DNA of 64,000 bases from Psammoneis japonica (lineage: Eukaryota), in the NCBI GenBank assembly GCA_008632985.1, contig QPGO01000005.1:765607-829606 (forward strand), read 5' to 3'. The stretch's first letter is position 1. Each line of letters starts with the position of its first letter. The position numbers and the translations under genes were made by a program. Shown here in pieces: positions 58,243 to 64,000 of this stretch. The notes under the pieces are model-generated. The model saw nothing but the letters and a program-made list of their open reading frames with translations. It ran no database searches and was not told where the DNA came from.

Positions 58243-60417
58243 ATGAGAAAGTGGTCGAGGAAACGCATCGTCGCAGTAGCCATAGCCTCGATCGCCGCCG
58301 TTGTCGTGGTGGCTGTTGTCGTAGCCTTGACGAGTGGAATAAGTAGCGACAATGAGAAAGCGGCGTCCAACTCAGTGTCGTCCTCTGTTGGCGCGAGTGT
58401 TTCATCTTCTCCCTCGGCTTCACCCTCAGCCTTTGCTGGGACAGCCGCTCCCTCGACGTTGCGAGGAACTATCAGTCCTTCTTTGGCGCCATCGGAGGCA
58501 CCGTCTTCTCTTATGCCCTCACTTGATGACGCAAAAAGACGAAATGCATCCGTAGTTCTGGCATTACTGCCCGATACGCAGTACTATTCCGAGGGAGCAC
58601 CGTACATTTTTGAAGCCCAAACGAAGTGGCTGGCTGCGCATGCCTCAGAACTGCAAATTCCGTTTGTATTTCACCTTGGAGATTTAGTTCAGAATCCTGG
58701 TCGCACAGAGGAATGGAGTGCTGCCAATGCTTCCATGATGCAAGTCACCAAAATGGCAAATCTTTCCTACAGCGTCGTTACGGGCAATCATGATTTACAG
58801 AACCGCGGGGAGGATACTCAACGCGACCCAAATAGGGAGTTGTATCTCGACTTTGTCTCCGCTTCAGTTCAACATCGGCCCACGCTTTGGAAACGCGACT
58901 CGTTGGGATATAGTGAGATTCACTCTGTTGTGCTGGCATCCCAAGAATTTGTTGTTTTGGCCTTGGATTGGCGTGCTTCCAATTCCACTCTGGAATGGGC
59001 ACAAGAAGTTTTGGAACAAGACTTTGCAAATACCCCCACAATACTCGTTTCGCATGAATTCTTGTATCCCGTTGATACAGCTGGTAAAACCCTCTTCTCA
59101 GGTGCCGCCCATCGAACTGCTTATGCAGAGGGTCTTTGGAAGGACTTTATTGGCAAGAACGATCAAATCTTTTTGGTGCTTTGCGGTCACATACCTGGAA
59201 CTGGATTGCGAGTGGACTACAATGACTTTAATCATTCCGTAATATCAGTGCTAGTGGACTATCAAGACATGCATGCGGGAGGAAATGGATACATGCGACT
59301 CATTGAGTTGGATTTTGAAAAGGGGAGAATGCATCACATGAGCTTTTCACCCTTTGTCATGGACTTGTACCAACAAAACGGTGTGAATGCATTGGGTCCC
59401 AGCGATGTTGTACAGCTCACGGACGAAACAAATGACTTTACTGTCCATTACGATTTCCAAATGCGTTTTCAGCAAATGAATGTCACTCTTCCGTCCGAAT
59501 GGGCGAATGGCAATAACTCCACAACAAACGCTACGTCGCTTTTGGACCCGTTACGGTCCACTCTTTCCGACATTCCGTTGCCTCCTCCCGACAACCGAAG
59601 CCCCGCCATAAACTCTCAAGACTATCCGAGGATTAATGAGACGTTGGCACATTGGCGATTCGTCGATTCAAAGTATCCCAGTGGTTCTCCATTCAACATT
59701 TCTACTTTGGTATTTGATTTAACTGGAAACGGCAATGATTTGTATCGTGAAGATGTGCGGGATGGCCAAGATGATTTTCTGTTTTGGAGTGACGAGCACC
59801 ATCGTCTATCGGCATCACCAGGATCCATTTGTTTTGCCAACCCCACTCGAGATGAGGGTTCCTTTTTGACTACTGGGCCGGACGTTCCTCTATCGGCGGA
59901 AACGTTTCCAGACGGATTCACTTTTGAGGCATTTGTCAAGCTTGCTCCAAGCTGGGCTAATAGTACAGCTCATCGTTGGACTGGTGTAGTATCGCGCGCG
60001 GGAGAAGGGCAGGATGCGGTCGGCAACAACAAGACAGGTGATGTAAATGAGCCCCTTGCAGTTTTGGGGTTCTCACCCTGGCGAGAAGTACAATTTGCTA
60101 GCTATCCTGAAAATACGCCAGACCTCACAACGTCATGGTCCTCTCCATTGCAAGTTAATGTGTGGTATCACTTGGCAGTCGTCAACGATGGAATCAACAC
60201 TAGGTTGTTGATTGATGGATATCCAGCTCGACGAGATCCAGTGCATTCTGAAATTCAAGGCATTGCCACGGGATTTATGGGTTGGCGTGTTGGAGCTGCT
60301 ACGTACAATCGACGAGTCAAGGTCTTTGGTGGCTGCATTGGCGAAGTTCGGATTGTCGGTCGAGCATTGCGGGCGGAGGACGAGTTTCTCATTGCCCGCA
60401 ATGTCACTCAAGAATAG
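58243..60417 (+). CDS. Membrane-anchored calcineurin-like metallophosphoesterase with C-terminal LamG/ConA-like domain
   Basis: TM helix, S/P-rich linker, metal motifs PDTQ, HLGD, GNHD, SHE and GH, then 'FTFEAFVK', 'WYHLAVV' and 'FGGCIGEVRI'. No intron in this span. An upstream exon is possible (GTAAGT at 58163). Confidence 0.88.
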   Translation: MRKWSRKRIVAVAIASIAAVVVVAVVVALTSGISSDNEKAASNSVSSSVGASVSSSPSASPSAFAGTAAPSTLRGTISPSLAPSEAPSSLMPSLDDAKRRNASVVLALLPDTQYYSEGAPYIFEAQTKWLAAHASELQIPFVFHLGDLVQNPGRTEEWSAANASMMQVTKMANLSYSVVTGNHDLQNRGEDTQRDPNRELYLDFVSASVQHRPTLWKRDSLGYSEIHSVVLASQEFVVLALDWRASNSTLEWAQEVLEQDFANTPTILVSHEFLYPVDTAGKTLFSGAAHRTAYAEGLWKDFIGKNDQIFLVLCGHIPGTGLRVDYNDFNHSVISVLVDYQDMHAGGNGYMRLIELDFEKGRMHHMSFSPFVMDLYQQNGVNALGPSDVVQLTDETNDFTVHYDFQMRFQQMNVTLPSEWANGNNSTTNATSLLDPLRSTLSDIPLPPPDNRSPAINSQDYPRINETLAHWRFVDSKYPSGSPFNISTLVFDLTGNGNDLYREDVRDGQDDFLFWSDEHHRLSASPGSICFANPTRDEGSFLTTGPDVPLSAETFPDGFTFEAFVKLAPSWANSTAHRWTGVVSRAGEGQDAVGNNKTGDVNEPLAVLGFSPWREVQFASYPENTPDLTTSWSSPLQVNVWYHLAVVNDGINTRLLIDGYPARRDPVHSEIQGIATGFMGWRVGAATYNRRVKVFGGCIGEVRIVGRALRAEDEFLIARNVTQE

Positions 60418-60893
60418 AAATAAGATTTTGTAAGTTCTGTCGAGAACGTGGTTGTTGCTTTTGCACGTACTCTGCCAGGTAGCTCTCCTCGTGATTAGGC
60501 GTTCATCGTTTGTGGCAGTGGGAATGTTCCCCTGTCGAAAATAGACTCGGAAGGGTGAGGCGATGCGGACATCACATGTTGATCTTGCAGCATTGTTCAG
60601 TGTACTCGTTTCTATACCTAAGCTCGAGAAGGCCAAATGCTTTGTGTACTTCCGGGGGATAAGTTGCTTTGCCTTGATGCTGAGCAGCAATAGATTTGCT
60701 TGGCAGCGCGGCAGTATAGAATGAAGGTCGAAAAATATCTCTATTCAGGAGAATCAATAATACATAAAGATCATAATCCATCATTTAAACTCAACAGAAG
60801 ATACCATAACAAAGCTGAAAGCTCCGCAACACTAAACATTTAATCGAAACAGTTGGAGGTCATCATTCTCCGCCGTCCTCCTTTGGCAGCCAC

Positions 60894-61664
60894 TCAATTC
60901 TTACCGAACTTCCACCATTTTTTCTTGGGCTGATCGTCTCCGCTTCCACCAGCTTCGTCGTCGCCTTCACTTCCAGCCTCCTCGTCAGCAACGCCGCTTT
61001 GAGCGACGACTTCCTCTTCAGCTGGCTGCTCTTCCGGAGCTGCCTTATCCTCGGCTTCCGCGTACGGTTCATGGACCGGAGTAGCTTCATCCTCGCCTAG
61101 AGGGTTATCGGACATGCAACAAAGGATACAAGCGCAAATGAAGTAGCAAAGCAACGCACCAACGCTCAACCCCGCGCTACGGCTGAAATCGCACTTGTAA
61201 AAATCGCAGAAATCCGAACCAAGCACCATGAAGGTAAGCCCCTGGAAAAGGACAGTGCAAAAGAGCAGAAACATAATAATGAAACGAACGATCTTTCCGT
61301 GCGGCAAGCAGATTAGGCAGAGCGACCAGATCCAAAGGACAAGGCCCATAATCGCGGTGGTAATGGCGAAGGCACGTGACGTGTTCCAGTCATCTCCAAG
61401 GAAGCGATCCTTGTAATTATCAAAGACAGTCTGTGAAGGGTCATACAGACAACCTCCACCGGCCTTCTCAAAGATGAGAAATCCGAGACCACGGCTGAAA
61501 TCGAATCGATCATCATCGAGCAGAGGGGGTCCAGTGGGTTCACGACCGATCTCGACAAACTTGCAGTCGCCGAGGGCAGCAAGGGACAATATCCACCCCA
61601 CAAAAAGTAGGACTTGGAAAATTATCACCTGCACGACACCGTTAGGATAGCAACCACAAGCCAT
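60894..61664 (-). CDS. Four-transmembrane membrane protein, paralog of 40363-41160
   Basis: Shares 'GDCKFV', 'FQGLTFMVLGS.FCD.Y.C.FSRSAGLSVGALLC' and the KKKWWKFGK tail. Confidence 0.82.
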   Translation of the reverse strand: MACGCYPNGVVQVIIFQVLLFVGWILSLAALGDCKFVEIGREPTGPPLLDDDRFDFSRGLGFLIFEKAGGGCLYDPSQTVFDNYKDRFLGDDWNTSRAFAITTAIMGLVLWIWSLCLICLPHGKIVRFIIMFLLFCTVLFQGLTFMVLGSDFCDFYKCDFSRSAGLSVGALLCYFICACILCCMSDNPLGEDEATPVHEPYAEAEDKAAPEEQPAEEEVVAQSGVADEEAGSEGDDEAGGSGDDQPKKKWWKFGKN

Positions 61665-62079
61665 GATGTTGTTATGAGGTTAAGTTTGAACGGTACGGGC
61701 AGAGGTGAAGGTGGTTGTGAGAGCCTCTTGGTTGGGAAGATAACGGCGGCAAAATCTTGTGAGTTGTGGTGTCACCAATCGCGCAACAGCTGTGAAAGAA
61801 GCGTCCGTTCTACACAGATTCTGGTATTACCTCTTGCTATGTGCAAAGAAGATGCCAGATGTTATGTACGGGCGGTGCGTTGGATTTCTTACTTTTTACA
61901 CAGCCCGTTGGTACAACTTGTACAGCGGAATCTTTTGAGGGTCATTTTGCTGTCGTAATGAAGAATGCGCAAATGGTTAGGTTACACAACGGCAGAAGTT
62001 GACAAACGAAAAGGCTCCACGTGGAGTGAACAAAACGCAAGAAGCGACAGTTCTACAGTAGTTGGGGGGTCGATCCAAC

Positions 62080-63025
62080 TCACTCTCTCCATTAGAGAGG
62101 GTGGTGGCTGGCAGAGAGACCATCCTCAGGTTCAAGTTTTGCTCCTTTGTGTTGGCAAAGATGAGTGTCGCTCTCACAACGTTCCTCCTTCACATCCCCA
62201 GTGCAAGCCAGAGTTTTGTGGCACCCCCAGGAGCAGAAGTGCGCTCTTGTCTCAAGGCCATGCTGGCTTGTCGATTGTCAGAAAGAAGCCCTTTTTGTTC
62301 TTCATTTCTTTCTTGCTTTGGCTTTAAACAGATGAAAAATGATGTGAGATCCACTTTGTGCAATGATGGCTCCAGTGTGGCTGGAAGTTGTGTGGGAGAT
62401 CTTTTGTGGCAAAAGCCCCCCCTCAATCTGGGCTCAAACAAAAAAGAGCCCAAATCTCTGGCTTGGTCATGGCAGTGGCATTGTTTGCAAACAGATCGTC
62501 AATCTGCTTTGTTTGCTTCATTGCAGCAGCACCAGTTGAAGAAAGTGCATGGAAAAGACTGCGTTTGCAGTTGAAAGCAGACAACTCGCGCAAGCCACCG
62601 CATCAGTGCGGCACATTTTCAGCACAACTTCTGTCAGGTTGCTCAACATTTGTGCTGCTTTGGCCCAACTGGGGTTTCAACACTTTGTGTCATCATTCTC
62701 ACTTTGCTCCCAACACCTTTGACATGGTCACCGAGTGCTCTTTTTGCGGCTTGTGTGTCATGTCTTTGCTTTGGAGAAAAGCAGTTGATGCAACTCACTG
62801 CATTGGCCTGGATCTGTTCTCAACAACCCCAGGTCTTCCGACATTGCTTCCATCTGAATGCAGACAAAGCAGCTCTTCAGCAAACATGACATGACACAAG
62901 AAGCAGCGGTGCTCCTTCTTGCAGACTTGTTGCAGTGGGAGAAGCTTTTCCTGCACTCAACCAGAGCAATGTTGCTCTCTGTGTTCCCATGAAGCACTGC
63001 AAGGAATCTTGTGATTAAAATTTGA
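62080..63025. mobile_element. Unclassified TpA-depleted repeat relic
   Basis: Abrupt loss of TpA from about 62100, no intact ORF. Confidence 0.45.
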
Positions 63026-64000
63026 TTGCTTTGTCAGCTTGAGCAGCAACCAGAAACTGCTTTTGCCTGCAAGTGGGAAAGGAGTCTTGAGTCTTGTTCA
63101 AGGATGGCAGCACAAACTTGCTCTCATGGCTTTTTGCAATCGTTCCCACAATCCGAAGGCTTCTCCCAAGGCTGCCCCCCAGCTCCTCCGTTCTCTGCCC
63201 TCATCCTCAGCGTCATCCTCAAGCAACTCAACGCTGAACTTTGCCAATGCCTTTCCTCATCTGACGTCAAATCCACTGCCTCTCTTGTCGATGACACCAG
63301 CATTTGGCTCCCGCGCACCAAACTCTCATGGTTCCTCCAATGCCTCGAGGAGCTGGGCCCGCAGCACGGCATGTGCCTCAACCACTCCAAAACACACATG
63401 CTCACCTCCATCTCTGGCACCAGCCCCTCACCCAACCTGCCCCCAGCAAGTGCCAGCAACACCCTTTGCCAAGCCCTGTCCTTCCTCAACCCTGCAAACG
63501 ACCCCGCTTTACACCCCGAAATCACCACTGGACTCCGCTTCCTTGGCCAACCCGTTGGCAGCCCTGCCTTCACCCGCACATGCCTCGAACAGAAAGCTTC
63601 CAACTTCCGCACCAAACTTGACCACCTTTCATCTTGCCTCTGCTGCACCCAAACCAAAAGCTCCCTGCACCACACCTGCGCCATCCCATTGCTCCCACAC
63701 CTTCTGGTGTCTGATGTCCACTTCAACTTCGACCCAGACAATCCACCACCACTTGCCTCCTGGACCTCACCCTTCCAACAAGATGTCCAGTGCCACTGTG
63801 ATGCTTGTCTGCAACATCTCACAGCACAGCAACAACCCCTGCCACCTCACACCATGCTTCTTGCTCACCTCCCTGCAGCCTCTGGAGGCGTCGGCGGCTG
63901 TCAGCCCACACCCACCTCCACCATCCCCTTCCTCGTCTCTCAATTTGCCCACTCTTTTTGACATGCCACTCACAGACCAACGACAGGCAACAATGACTCC
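63026..64000 (+). mobile_element. Degenerate non-LTR retrotransposon reverse transcriptase (CRE/NeSL-like), runs off the window
   Basis: 'QGCPPAPPFSAL' (QGCPLSP), 'LVDDT', 'GMCLNHSKT', 'GLRFLGQPVGS' and 'LPAASGGVG' follow the non-LTR RT motif order. No Tyr in 311 codons. Confidence 0.82.

Noticed and set aside
62700..63020. GIY-YIG/Penelope-like fragment on the minus strand
   Set aside because: Only a short 'HGNT' similarity, which is insufficient evidence.

Overview
Eukaryotic genomic DNA, most likely a pennate diatom. This is an inference from short GT-AG introns, compact genes, a helicase-associated-domain protein and a diatom-type sulfotransferase. About a dozen ordinary genes alternate with transposon and repeat blocks at ~3.1-14.3 kb, ~18.5-37.6 kb and ~62.1-64 kb. 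The main result is a repeat-restricted, strand-symmetric hypermutation that turns TpA into TpG or CpA (A:T to G:C), the reverse of fungal RIP. It is visible directly in two Ty3/Gypsy LTR pairs, where by hand alignment 16 of 17 and 23 of 25 differences fall at TpA sites. It also appears as Tyr-to-Cys/His replacement of conserved retrotransposon motifs in an ORF that stays open for 1407 codons, and as near-total loss of TpA in older repeats. Neighbouring genes and a gene-derived pseudogene are spared. The process acts after insertion, on both strands, prefers RTAY over YTAR contexts, and is faster than CpG decay. I am not aware of a described system with this signature, but that needs a literature check, and no causal enzyme is visible in this window. 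All counts were made by eye and should be recomputed.
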